A stretch of DNA of 64,000 nt, from positions 2,650-66,649 of the forward strand of contig MGJI01000006.1 in NCBI GenBank assembly GCA_001794195.1. The letters run 5' to 3'. Source of the stretch: Candidatus Yanofskybacteria bacterium RIFCSPHIGHO2_01_FULL_44_17 (GTDB lineage: Bacteria > Patescibacteriota > Minisyncoccia > 2-02-FULL-40-12 > IGHO2-01-FULL-4-A). The translations under genes were made by a program, and so were the position numbers. Below the pieces are notes generated by a model. That model was not told where the DNA came from, made no database searches, and saw only the letters and a list, made by a program, of their open reading frames with translations. Below are positions 47,500 to 57,072 of this stretch, one piece after another (the first letter of the stretch is position 1; every line of letters begins with the position of its first letter).

Positions 47500-47973
47500 T
47501 TATTTTATTAGTAAGCCCTTTTTAGATAATTTTTTAGATTTTTTGTCCTCAAATATACTTTCCCTGACGATAGGAACCTTGCAGTCGTCCCAGGGCTTGG
47601 TAAGCAGTGCGATTACGGTCATATTGGTAATGGCATAAATCGCGTGAGTAATTCCTGGTGGAGTTCTGACACAAGAGCCTTTACTAAGATGAATTATCCT
47701 CTCTTCCTTGCTTTTTTTGTCGCGGGTAACGGCGATTCCTTGGCCCTCAACTATTAGAGAATATTCTACGAATTCTGGATGATAGTGATTACCTCGTGTT
47801 GCTCCGGGAGTAAAATATAATAAATTAAACTCTTTGATAGCGTCTTGCGGAACCCAAGTAAAAATACCCCCTCGGCCATCTTTGACCGTGTCTACGTTAC
47901 AGGTCGGGAAGAAAGCCTCCATTTTTTCATTGGAGAGTTTAATTATTTTGGCCTTTTTAGGCATTTTAATCAT
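47500..47973 (-). CDS. cupin-fold sugar 3,4-ketoisomerase (FdtA/WxcM-like)
   Basis: GATRGNHYHPEFVEYSLIVEGQG...PPGITHAIYAI cupin motifs. 157 aa. First gene of the minus-strand operon. Confidence 0.55.
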   Translation of the reverse strand: MIKMPKKAKIIKLSNEKMEAFFPTCNVDTVKDGRGGIFTWVPQDAIKEFNLLYFTPGATRGNHYHPEFVEYSLIVEGQGIAVTRDKKSKEERIIHLSKGSCVRTPPGITHAIYAITNMTVIALLTKPWDDCKVPIVRESIFEDKKSKKLSKKGLLIK

Positions 47974-48051
47974 GTAATGAAGTATAAATCTTTTTCAGCC
48001 ATAAATACAAGCCAGTGTTGTTTTTTGGCATAAGGCTGTTAATCTTAAGAA

Positions 48052-49782
48052 GTGCGTGAAAAAACAAGCGGTTTTTCTTCTTTGGCCGAAGAAACAAAAG
48101 GAAAAATATCGGAGCGTCAGCGTCTATTTAGTTTTGCTGTGGCAATTTTTTTATTTGCTCTAACAATAAGATTAGTATACATAAATTTTGGGCTTTCAGT
48201 CGAAAATCTTATAAGCGATGAATATTACGGCCATCGTTTTGTAACAACCGTTGCTTCAGGTGAAAACCCTTTTGACCGCATGATAAGTTATTATCCTGGC
48301 GGTTCTGTTTTGTTCGAGTCGCCGTTTTTAATTTTATCCGGTTTGTACGCGGTACTCGATTCGAAGTCTCTAAATACGGAGATTCTTAAAAAGTACATTC
48401 TGACTGAAAGTCCGGGATTGTTTATTTTAGCATCACGGGTAGCGTCCGCGGTGGCTGGTGCGGGCATTGCAGTACTTGCATTTTTTATAGCATTTATCCT
48501 TCTTGGAAAAAGAAAAGAGTCTCTTCTTGTGGCAAGCTTCGTTGCAATTGATGTACTGGGCGTTAGTTACAGCCATTGGGCCAAGCCGCATATTGTCATG
48601 AACTTTTTGGGTTTGGGTGCCCTGCTGTTGTCAATAATTTTCGACCAAACTAAGAAAACAAAATTTCTTTGGTGGTCGGCTTTTCTCGCCGCGGCAGGTC
48701 TCGGTACCCATATGCCGGGGTTGCCCTATTTATTTTTCCCTGTTTTGGCATGGTTCCGTAACCGTAGTTGGGTGCCAGCCAGAACCGTCCTCTCCGTATT
48801 AGGACTAGGCACGCTTACCACGCTCTCTTTTTATGCTTTTAATGCTCCGGGAACTATTCAAATGCTCCGCAACTCACTTGCAGGATTCCGTGACGTGGGG
48901 GCGCTCGCAGAGGCCGCTCCGGCTATGGGCCTCGAGCGATTCTTTTTTCCTTTTACAAATCTTTGGGAACTTGAGCCGTCTCTTGTTGTTTTGAGTCTGT
49001 TGGCGGTTGTTTTACTTGTCATTTCCAAACCATTCAAAATCAACTACTTCTTTTATGTTTTAGTAGGCACTGCAATCTCATACACCGAGCTCATCACCGT
49101 TGCCGCAATGCCTCATGTTTCCCGCTGGCTTATTCCATGGTCGCTTTTTCTTACTTTATTTTCTATTATCGTCATTCTTAGGAGGGCTAGAGACGCTAGT
49201 AAGATTGTCCGTGCTGCCCTTTATTCGGTAGTTGCTCTTGCATTATTGTGGAACGGTATCCAAACCGGACGCTGGCTCACGCTTCTAAAAACAACCACTT
49301 TTGAAGAGGCGAGAGTGTGGGTTATGGAACAGCGTTCCGAAACTAGAATTTTGGGTACGGAACTTGATCTTAATCTACCGCTAACGCAACAAACAGCCAG
49401 GTTGCTGATTAAAAAATACATCGATAGCAGCAATTCTCCGCGGAAAGATTTTAGTTTCTATGTTTCCGAGCCGCAAGGCAAAGAAGCCCGCTTTAACTAT
49501 GTATTCAATCAGTATCAAGATGCCCCGGAAATTCTTTGTGATTCTTCCGAGTCGATTCTAAAATTTGATTACATAATTTTCCCTTACGTGACATTGGAAG
49601 AAAGAGAGGCGCTGATTAATTGTATTAAAAAGCAAGCCCCCAAGGCATATCTTGTAAAAAACTTTGGTCCGCCGGATGATCAATTGCCGGTGCTGAGAGA
49701 GTTTGACAACCCCACTTCGTGGCGTTCGTGGTGGCAAGTAGGAGTATTTGGTAAAAAAATTGCTGTGATTGCGCCTCATTAA
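48052..49782 (+). CDS. polytopic membrane protein, probable GT-C-type glycosyltransferase
   Basis: More than 10 TM helices plus a C-terminal soluble domain. Immediately followed by a Dpm1-like GT2. Confidence 0.5.
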   Translation: MREKTSGFSSLAEETKGKISERQRLFSFAVAIFLFALTIRLVYINFGLSVENLISDEYYGHRFVTTVASGENPFDRMISYYPGGSVLFESPFLILSGLYAVLDSKSLNTEILKKYILTESPGLFILASRVASAVAGAGIAVLAFFIAFILLGKRKESLLVASFVAIDVLGVSYSHWAKPHIVMNFLGLGALLLSIIFDQTKKTKFLWWSAFLAAAGLGTHMPGLPYLFFPVLAWFRNRSWVPARTVLSVLGLGTLTTLSFYAFNAPGTIQMLRNSLAGFRDVGALAEAAPAMGLERFFFPFTNLWELEPSLVVLSLLAVVLLVISKPFKINYFFYVLVGTAISYTELITVAAMPHVSRWLIPWSLFLTLFSIIVILRRARDASKIVRAALYSVVALALLWNGIQTGRWLTLLKTTTFEEARVWVMEQRSETRILGTELDLNLPLTQQTARLLIKKYIDSSNSPRKDFSFYVSEPQGKEARFNYVFNQYQDAPEILCDSSESILKFDYIIFPYVTLEEREALINCIKKQAPKAYLVKNFGPPDDQLPVLREFDNPTSWRSWWQVGVFGKKIAVIAPH

Positions 49783-49784
49783 TC

Positions 49785-50516
49785 ATGGAAAGAGATATTT
49801 ATTCAAAACTCATTGCTATTGTGCCGACATACAATGAACGGCAGACGATAGGCCTTTTGGTCAGAGCTTTTTTTGACGTTCTGCCGTCGGCTTCTATGCT
49901 TGTGGTGGATGATAATTCTCCGGACAAAACAACGGAAGAGGTTGCCAGCTTGAAAAATGAGTTTCCTCGACTGGATTTTTTACTAAGAACTAGCGATAGG
50001 GGATTTGGCAGGTCTTACCGAGATGCTTTGATTAAACTCGTTGGCGACGATCGTTACGATACAGTAGTCATGATGGATGCCGATTTTTCACACGATCCGA
50101 AATATATTCCGGGTATGTTTGATAAGTTGTCGCAATGCAAATGCAAGGTTGTAACTGGTTCAAGATATGTAAGTGGTGGAGGAGCTGAGGGCTGGGGCTG
50201 GAAGAGGGTTTTGTTGAGTCATTTAGCAAGTTTCTATCTCCGCTTAATACTCGGCGTGCCGGTGAGGGATGTAACTTCCGGTTTTTTTGTTTTTAATAAG
50301 AGCGTATTGGCCTCGATAGATTTAGTCTCGCTTCATTCAATGGGCACAGCCATTTTGGTGGAACTAAAATACAAACTTTTCAAAGCTGGCCACAAGATTT
50401 ATGAATATCCGATTGTTGTTGTTGATAGGACGCAAGGCCAGTCTAAAATATCCAAGAAACTTATTTGGGAATCTCTCAAGCTACCACTTAAATTAAGATT
50501 TTCACGTCTTAAGTAA
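49785..50516 (+). CDS. GT2 polyprenyl-phosphate mannose/hexose synthase (Dpm1-like)
   Basis: IAIVPTYNERQTIGLLV...VVDDNSPDKT...DADFSHDPKYIP (DAD motif). Confidence 0.8.
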   Translation: MERDIYSKLIAIVPTYNERQTIGLLVRAFFDVLPSASMLVVDDNSPDKTTEEVASLKNEFPRLDFLLRTSDRGFGRSYRDALIKLVGDDRYDTVVMMDADFSHDPKYIPGMFDKLSQCKCKVVTGSRYVSGGGAEGWGWKRVLLSHLASFYLRLILGVPVRDVTSGFFVFNKSVLASIDLVSLHSMGTAILVELKYKLFKAGHKIYEYPIVVVDRTQGQSKISKKLIWESLKLPLKLRFSRLK

Positions 50517-50574
50517 AAGTTAAATAATTCTTGACTTTTTTAATGAGCCACAGTAATGTTTTTGTAACAATCGT

Positions 50575-51327
50575 ATGGAAATTTATTCACTAATACAGGC
50601 CCGAGGCGGATCCAAGGGTGTTCCTAAAAAAAACCTTAAGCTTTTGGGTGGTTACCCGTTGATCGCATATTCTGTTATGGCCTCTAAGCTTAGCAAGCAC
50701 ATCAAAAGAACCATAGTTTCTACTGATTCGCCGGAAATAGCGGAAGTAGCTAAGAAATACGGTGCTGAAATACCATTTTTGCGTCCGGCAGAATTTGCCC
50801 AAGATCGTTCAACTGATCTTGACGTTTTTGCTCATACTGTTGAGTGGTTAGATAAAAAAGAGGGCAAGCTTCCAGATTTTTTAGTTCAATTTAGACCCAC
50901 GACACCGTTGCGAGAGCCTGTGTTAATCGACGAGGCCATCGAAAAAATTATGGCTAACCCCGGAGCAACCTCTTTACGCTCAGCGCATAAGTTGGCTGAA
51001 CCGCCGCATAAAATGTTACAAATTAGCACTGCCGGTTTTTGGACGGGATTCTTTCCAAATGATCCACGGCCCGAGTATTATAACTTGCCGCGTCAGACGT
51101 TCCCCGATGCCTACCACCCGAATGGTTACGTTGATATTGTAAGGCCGGATTTTATTAAAAATAATCCTGGCTTATTTCTTGGTTCTGTGGTTTTGGCATT
51201 CAATACCCCGTTTACTGTAGAGATTGACCGTCCGGAAGATTTTGAATATTTGGAATATAGTTTTCAAAAACAGCCAAGTCCGTTGCACGAGCATCTTATA
51301 AAAAACTTTCCGAAAGAAAAAGAGTAG
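50575..51327 (+). CDS. CMP-nonulosonate/CMP-ulosonate cytidylyltransferase (NeuA/KdsB-family)
   Basis: YSLIQARGGSKGVPKKNLKLLGGYPLIAYSV...RPTTPLR. Confidence 0.75.
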   Translation: MEIYSLIQARGGSKGVPKKNLKLLGGYPLIAYSVMASKLSKHIKRTIVSTDSPEIAEVAKKYGAEIPFLRPAEFAQDRSTDLDVFAHTVEWLDKKEGKLPDFLVQFRPTTPLREPVLIDEAIEKIMANPGATSLRSAHKLAEPPHKMLQISTAGFWTGFFPNDPRPEYYNLPRQTFPDAYHPNGYVDIVRPDFIKNNPGLFLGSVVLAFNTPFTVEIDRPEDFEYLEYSFQKQPSPLHEHLIKNFPKEKE

Positions 51328-51395
51328 CCGCAACAAATTTTTAGTTATCTGCTAGTGTCTAGTCTAGCAATTTTAAAAATAAAGGAATACAAATT

Positions 51396-52403
51396 ATGCC
51401 ATTACTAAACTGGCTCTGGCCTATTTCATCCGGGGCTTGCGATGCATCTGCCCGTATTGCAATTAAAAAAACCGACGCCCATGGGCTTGTACTTAACGGG
51501 ATTGGGTTATTGATTGGTTTCCCGGTTTTTCTTGTTTGGCTTTGGATTGTCGGAATGCCAGAAATAAAACCACAATTTTGGAATGCCGTAATTTGGCATG
51601 TTCCGATGTATGTTGCCATCCTGATTTGTACCGTTGAAGCTCATAGAGCGGGTACAATGCTAAAGACAATGCCGTTTGCAAGCCTGACTCCTGTTTTTTT
51701 GCTAATTACCAGTCCGATGATGGGGGGCGGCAACCCAACTTTTTGGGGAGCGATTGGGATTGCGATCACGGTTGTTGGGTTATACAGTTTGAATATAGAA
51801 AGGGGACAAAAAAATATTTTCGTTCCCCTTAAGCTTATATTTACCGAACGAGCCGCTCAATTTATGTTCGGCGCAACTCTAATTGCCGCATTAAGTGCGA
51901 ATCTCGATAAAACAGCCATATTGAATTCAAGTCCTGCGTTTTATCTTCTCATTGACCACACGGCGGTAGCTTTCATTTTGATAGCACTGATCTTTTTGCG
52001 CTTAGCTATTTCTGGCCAACTTACCTACAAAAACTCAAGATCTGAAATTGTTACCGTTGGATATTCAGATGTGAAAAAACAGATTTTTTCTTTAAAGGAA
52101 TATAACGCTTTTGTTTGGTACGGATTATTTAATGTTTTTACCGGATTGTTTCACAGCATCGGATTGACTTTTCTGCCGCACGTTCCTTATTTTATAACTG
52201 GCAAAAGGGTTGGGGCTATCATTTTTGCTCTTATTTTCGGGTTATCTATGTGGTATTGGGAAAGAGTCGGCAATATCGATCCGAGCAAAAGAAGATTTAG
52301 CCGCGAGGCGGATAATCTTAGTTGGAGATTGGCTGGGACTTTTCTGGTTGTGGTGGGCATGTCAATCGTGATTCTTTACGGCAAAGCCGAGAGTGCTTTA
52401 TAA
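51396..52403 (+). CDS. polytopic membrane protein (DMT-like transporter?)
   Basis: About 10 hydrophobic segments. Confidence 0.4.
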   Translation: MPLLNWLWPISSGACDASARIAIKKTDAHGLVLNGIGLLIGFPVFLVWLWIVGMPEIKPQFWNAVIWHVPMYVAILICTVEAHRAGTMLKTMPFASLTPVFLLITSPMMGGGNPTFWGAIGIAITVVGLYSLNIERGQKNIFVPLKLIFTERAAQFMFGATLIAALSANLDKTAILNSSPAFYLLIDHTAVAFILIALIFLRLAISGQLTYKNSRSEIVTVGYSDVKKQIFSLKEYNAFVWYGLFNVFTGLFHSIGLTFLPHVPYFITGKRVGAIIFALIFGLSMWYWERVGNIDPSKRRFSREADNLSWRLAGTFLVVVGMSIVILYGKAESAL

Positions 52404-52475
52404 ATAATAGAGCGTCAATTGTGGCGCTTTTTTGTTAGAGTTTACATAATTTTATTTTTAATGTAGTCTTATTCC

Positions 52476-53882
52476 ATGTCGAGCTATCAATTCCATCTTA
52501 CACCTCAAAAAGTCCCACACGTTAAAACAAAGTTTAGGACCATAAAGACAAAAATTCCTGCTCCGGAGACCCTCAGTCTTATTCAGGAAACCAAAAAATA
52601 TGGTCCGAACTTAATGCACGGACAGTTACCGGTTGCCTGGAATAAGGCTATTGATTTTAATGTTTTTGATAAAGCAGGCAATAAATGGATAGATTTTACT
52701 TCAACCATCTTTGTGGCTAATGCCGGTCACGCCAACCCAAGAATTAAGAAGGCCATAAAGGACCAGCTTGATAGTGACCTGCTGCACTCTTACAATTATC
52801 CAACGGAACCGAGAGTAAAATTTTTAAAAAAGCTTCTGCAGATGTCGCCCTCTTTTTGTGAGAAGGGTCTTTTATTTTCTGCCGGAACTGAATCAACAGA
52901 GGCTGCGATTCAGCTAATGAAGATGTACGGACAGCACAAGTTAAAAGACAAAGCCAGAATAGATATTATTTCATTTCAGGGTAATATGCACGGAATTACT
53001 ATGGGAGCGGAAATGATGAAGGGCAACCCCAAAATTTTGGAGGTCTACGGTTTTTCCGATCCACATGTTTATAGATTGCTGTTTCCTTATCCGTGGGAAA
53101 GCGGGGGAGATAAAAAATACGATTGGAAGGCCAGGTTTTATAAAGACATCGAAAACTTGAAGAAAAAAGGAATGAGAATTAATAAGGTATGCGGTTTTAT
53201 GATTGAGGCATATCAAGGCTGGGGCGCCTTATTTTATCCGAAAACCTATATTCAGGAATTAGAAAAATTTGCCAAAAAGAACAAAATTTTAATTACGATT
53301 GATGAAATTCAAGGTTGTTGCGGCCGTACCGGAAAAATGTTCGTTTTTGAACATTACGGTATCAAGCCGGACCTTCTGTGCGTGGGCAAGGGGTTGAGCA
53401 GTAGTTTGCCACTCTCGGCCGTTATCGGCAGAAAGGACATATTAAATCTTCCGGAAATATCCGGTTCTTGGCACAGCACTCATTCCGGAAATCCCGTGTG
53501 TTGCGCTGCGGGACTGGCTAATCTGGAAGAAATTGAGGCCAGAAATTTAGTAAAAGAATCAGCAAGAAAGGGGAAAATACTTTTCGGCGGTCTCGATGAC
53601 ATGAAAAAGAAATATCCTAAATTGATTTCTCACATTTTTGGAAGTGGTTTACTGGCAGCAATTTTATTTAAACATCCTAAAACTGGCCAACCCGAAAGTG
53701 AATTTCCTACTAGAGTTTGTGAGTTAGCCATGCAAAAAGGATTATTGATGGTTCACACTGGTCGTGAATCAATCAAAATCGCTCCGCCTCTTACAATTCA
53801 CGATGCGGCGTTAAGGGAGGGCTTAAAAGTTTTAGAGGAGTCCATAGAAGAAATTATACAAGAAGAAAGTAGCTACCGATAA
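52476..53882 (+). CDS. class III PLP-dependent aminotransferase
   Basis: DEIQGCCGRTGKMFVFEHYGIKPDLLCVGKGLSS (PLP-lysine region) and GTESTEAAIQL. Confidence 0.8.
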   Translation: MSSYQFHLTPQKVPHVKTKFRTIKTKIPAPETLSLIQETKKYGPNLMHGQLPVAWNKAIDFNVFDKAGNKWIDFTSTIFVANAGHANPRIKKAIKDQLDSDLLHSYNYPTEPRVKFLKKLLQMSPSFCEKGLLFSAGTESTEAAIQLMKMYGQHKLKDKARIDIISFQGNMHGITMGAEMMKGNPKILEVYGFSDPHVYRLLFPYPWESGGDKKYDWKARFYKDIENLKKKGMRINKVCGFMIEAYQGWGALFYPKTYIQELEKFAKKNKILITIDEIQGCCGRTGKMFVFEHYGIKPDLLCVGKGLSSSLPLSAVIGRKDILNLPEISGSWHSTHSGNPVCCAAGLANLEEIEARNLVKESARKGKILFGGLDDMKKKYPKLISHIFGSGLLAAILFKHPKTGQPESEFPTRVCELAMQKGLLMVHTGRESIKIAPPLTIHDAALREGLKVLEESIEEIIQEESSYR

Positions 53883-53885
53883 AAA

Positions 53886-54824
53886 ATGATTTATTCAAAA
53901 CTGGGTATGACAAATTTAAAAGTTTCGCGTCTTGGTCTTGGTACGGCCGAGATTGGTTTTGCTTATGGTATCGGACCGCGATCTTTGCCTTCGGAAGATG
54001 AGGCCATTAAACTTCTTAACAGCGCGGTTGAACTGGGTATAACATATTTTGATACCGCTAGCCTGTATGGTCTTGCTGAAGAACGGATAGGAAGATCGGG
54101 CATACTTAAAAACCGTGGCGTTGTGGTGGGCACTAAGTGTGGTAACTTTTTAGATAAAAAATTAGATCTATCTCCTGAAGAAATGAAAAAAACCATCGGG
54201 CAAGAGATAGGGGCAAGCTTAAAAAACCTAAAAACCGATCATCTTCAACTGTTGTTATTTCATGGCGGTACCCCAGAGCTTATAATAAATTCTGGTTTAA
54301 TGGACTTTATGCAAAAAATGAAAACCGATGGTACTATCGGGTACATTGGCATTAGCACGCGCGGCGAAGAAGCGCCGATAAAGGCAATTGAAAGTGGCGT
54401 CTTCGATGTCGTCCAGACGGCGTATAGCATTTTAGACCAAAGAATGAGAGAGAATGTTTTGTCTGCGGCAGAGAAAAAAGGCGTAGGCATAATAAATAGA
54501 TCGGTTCTGCTAAAAGGTAGCTTGACCCAGGCTGTTAAATATTTGCCAGCTGGCCTAGAGCTACTTATGCAAAATTCTGCCAAAGCGGAGACTATTGCCG
54601 TAAAAAACGGAATGGATCTGCCAACCTTGGCGATAAGATTTGCGATTTCAAATAGTTCAATTTCAACGTCTCTAGTCGGTACAAACCGGTTGGATAATTT
54701 GAGTAAGTCTGTGGCAGCCGTTGAATCTGGGGCGCTTTCAAATGAAATATTGGCCGAACTTTATGGATTAGGCATTTCTGACCCAAAACAAGTTGACCCC
54801 GCCCTTTGGCCGCCACTCTTGTAA
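53886..54824 (+). CDS. aldo/keto reductase
   Basis: GLGTAEIGFAYG...YFDTASLYG. Confidence 0.8.
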   Translation: MIYSKLGMTNLKVSRLGLGTAEIGFAYGIGPRSLPSEDEAIKLLNSAVELGITYFDTASLYGLAEERIGRSGILKNRGVVVGTKCGNFLDKKLDLSPEEMKKTIGQEIGASLKNLKTDHLQLLLFHGGTPELIINSGLMDFMQKMKTDGTIGYIGISTRGEEAPIKAIESGVFDVVQTAYSILDQRMRENVLSAAEKKGVGIINRSVLLKGSLTQAVKYLPAGLELLMQNSAKAETIAVKNGMDLPTLAIRFAISNSSISTSLVGTNRLDNLSKSVAAVESGALSNEILAELYGLGISDPKQVDPALWPPLL

Positions 54825-54935
54825 TAAGCAATACCCGAATAGACCACGGTTTATTGCTGGCTATTGACAATAGCGCTCCCGAATGCCATCTTTTTGATAT
54901 TGTTGTTTTGAAAATTTTAATTTTGGAGGTAGAAA

Positions 54936-55517
54936 GTGGAACAAATAAGTCTGAGCAATTTAGCATGGGGAATTAAGGCGGTTATTTCTGACGTTGATGG
55001 CGTATTTACTGACAATCGTGTTCTTGAAGGGGCGCCCTATAAAGCTAAGTGGCGGAGTTATTACGATGGTCAGGGCGTCTCATTACTTAGGGCTATTGGC
55101 ATTCGTGTTTGCCTGATTACTAATGAGAAAGGTGACTCCGCAAAACACATTGTGGATGTGGTAGAAAAATGGAATAATCTTCCGTCTTCGGAAAAAACTC
55201 CTGGCGATGGCGGTTGGCATCATGTGAAACTATATCCTGGTATGGGCGGAATAAAGAAAGTAATTGCGGCCGAAGAGTGGCTCAAAGAAATTGGGATATC
55301 GTTCGAACACTGCGCTTTCATGGGCGATGATTTAGTAGACGCCCCTCTTTTGCAGAAAGTATCCTTGCGTGCCGCGCCAATTAGTGGTGATCCGGCAATA
55401 AAAAGAATGGCTCATTTTGTATCTGAAAGAGTCGGTGGCATGGGAGCTTTCCGTGATTTCGCTAACTTCATTCTAGAGGCTCGAGGAATTGATCCGCTAT
55501 CCTTGTCGCCGCAATAA
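54936..55517 (+). CDS. HAD-IIIA phosphatase, KdsC/YrbI-like (ulosonate-phosphate phosphatase family); GTG start
   Basis: IKAVISDVDGVFTDNRV motif I. GGAGGT RBS 8 nt upstream of GTG 54936. Confidence 0.7.
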   Translation: MEQISLSNLAWGIKAVISDVDGVFTDNRVLEGAPYKAKWRSYYDGQGVSLLRAIGIRVCLITNEKGDSAKHIVDVVEKWNNLPSSEKTPGDGGWHHVKLYPGMGGIKKVIAAEEWLKEIGISFEHCAFMGDDLVDAPLLQKVSLRAAPISGDPAIKRMAHFVSERVGGMGAFRDFANFILEARGIDPLSLSPQ

Positions 55518-55522
55518 AATTA

Positions 55523-55552
55523 AAAACCCTGGGTTTCAGGGTTTTGTTTTTT
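55523..55552 (+). terminator. Rho-independent (bidirectional) terminator
   Basis: AAAACCCTG-GGTTT-CAGGGTTTT followed by GTTTTTT. Sits between convergent genes. Confidence 0.75.
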
Positions 55553-56285
55553 ATAATTTGCATGCTTGATTCAGTATCATTACTGCCTCATCCGATCTTC
55601 TTTGGTGCTCTTCGGTGCCAATCGGCATTTCTCCTCGTAGAAATAATAATATCTCTTGGCGTTGTTTTTCTAGCGCATGAGGTGATTCGTCAGACGTATT
55701 TATGTAAAGAGGCGTGTAGTGAACGGGCGGAATCTCTATTTGTTTGGCGCCGCGCAGAAAGCCTTCAGAATCAAATACACTGGCATTAGATTTATTTCCG
55801 GAGACTTCTAATTCGCGTAGGCGATATTGGATTCTTCGTCTCACAGTTTCTAGGTTACAGTAAAGGTAAATACAGCGAAAATCTATTTTTATGGATTGCT
55901 TAGATGGTGGCAGGTCATCCCTGTTGGCCTCCTCTTTCTCGATAGTTTGCAAATACCAATTTGCGCTGTCGATCATTTCAACGAATGGTTTTTGGTGGGC
56001 CTCTCTGGTAAGCATTACCGATTCAAGAAACATGGCCGGTGGCCGTTCAATAATCAGCCTCCTTTTTACTTCAAATCTTGTTGCCTCATTCTTAAAAATA
56101 TGTTCGGTTTTTGTAATGTCAGTATCGCTCTTGTTTCCCCAAAGAAGTTTGCGGATGTCGTCCATGGCTACCGTTTGGGCATTTTGGAATTCAGAAAGAC
56201 CCATTGCCCAATTTCTGAAAAAAGATTTACCGCTAAAAACCAGTCCCGAAAAAACCACAACCAATAAGCGGTTGTTACCTTCCAT
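55551..56285 (-). CDS. P-loop kinase, deoxynucleoside/NMP-kinase-like (paralog A, 244 aa)
   Basis: Walker A VVVFSGLVFSGKSF. Arg-rich lid ETVRRRIQYRLRELE. C-terminal INTSDESPHALEKQRQEIL typical of small-molecule P-loop kinases. Confidence 0.5.
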   Translation of the reverse strand: MEGNNRLLVVVFSGLVFSGKSFFRNWAMGLSEFQNAQTVAMDDIRKLLWGNKSDTDITKTEHIFKNEATRFEVKRRLIIERPPAMFLESVMLTREAHQKPFVEMIDSANWYLQTIEKEEANRDDLPPSKQSIKIDFRCIYLYCNLETVRRRIQYRLRELEVSGNKSNASVFDSEGFLRGAKQIEIPPVHYTPLYINTSDESPHALEKQRQEILLFLRGEMPIGTEEHQRRSDEAVMILNQACKL

Positions 56286-57020
56286 CTACTGCCTCCTTTT
56301 GCGTGTTAAGATATAGGATCTAATGACCTGCTCACGCGCAAAATCTGCTTGTGGAGATTCGTCCGAGGTATCTATTTTTACAAAAGGATAGTAATTACCC
56401 GGTGGCTCAAATCCATGTTGTCCTTTGCGAAATTCAGAAATCGTAACCAAACCTCCCCCGGTTTGATCTAAGCCCTTCCTGCGACTTGTCAGGCGTTTAA
56501 TACTGGTGGCTTCATCGCAGGTCATCCAGAACACGCTTAAATTGATATTGACCAGCTTAAATTCAATAGCTTCCAGTGGTATTCTTGATTGACGCGCTTT
56601 TTGTTCGCGCAACTTTCTGCACATAAGAAGTTCGGTTTCCGAAATCATGCGCATGAACGGTAGTTGATGGGCACTTTGTGTAAGCATGGTCATATTGGCT
56701 ATCACGACATCGACACCGTTAATTATGAATTGTTTTTTGATTTCTAGTAGAGTTATTTCGTTCTTAAGCAGATGATCGGCATCAGTCATATCTTCACTTT
56801 TGCCCCAATATTGCTTGCGGGCCTGAGAGATACCAATGAAAACAACTTTTTGGCTGGGACGTTCGGATCTGTATATCTCTGCTACCTTGTTAGCCCAAAA
56901 GTCCTTTCCGCTAGTACCAAGTCCGCAAAAAAGAACCACTTGTTTCATCGGCCCAGCTCCTCCCAAGTTTTCAAATAACCGATTTGCGTATATAATAGAT
57001 GAGTTAAGGGCACATGTCAA
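56286..57020 (-). CDS. P-loop kinase, deoxynucleoside/NMP-kinase-like (paralog B, 244 aa)
   Basis: Walker A-like VVLFCGLGTSGKDF. Lid SIKRLTSRRKGLD. C-terminal IDTSDESPQADFAREQVI. Its stop codon directly abuts the start of paralog A. Confidence 0.5.
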   Translation of the reverse strand: MTCALNSSIIYANRLFENLGGAGPMKQVVLFCGLGTSGKDFWANKVAEIYRSERPSQKVVFIGISQARKQYWGKSEDMTDADHLLKNEITLLEIKKQFIINGVDVVIANMTMLTQSAHQLPFMRMISETELLMCRKLREQKARQSRIPLEAIEFKLVNINLSVFWMTCDEATSIKRLTSRRKGLDQTGGGLVTISEFRKGQHGFEPPGNYYPFVKIDTSDESPQADFAREQVIRSYILTRKRRQ

Positions 57021-57072
57021 CTGGTCAACTGTTTCCTTGACTTCCGGTAGTATTTTCCTCTACAGTAAAATT

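Noticed and set aside
56836-57072. N-terminal 79-aa extension of the HAD gene in the ORF track.
   Set aside because: It overlaps 185 nt of the divergent kinase gene on the other strand. The internal ATG at 57073 gives a canonical KdsC N-terminus in which the DxDG motif begins about 20 residues in.
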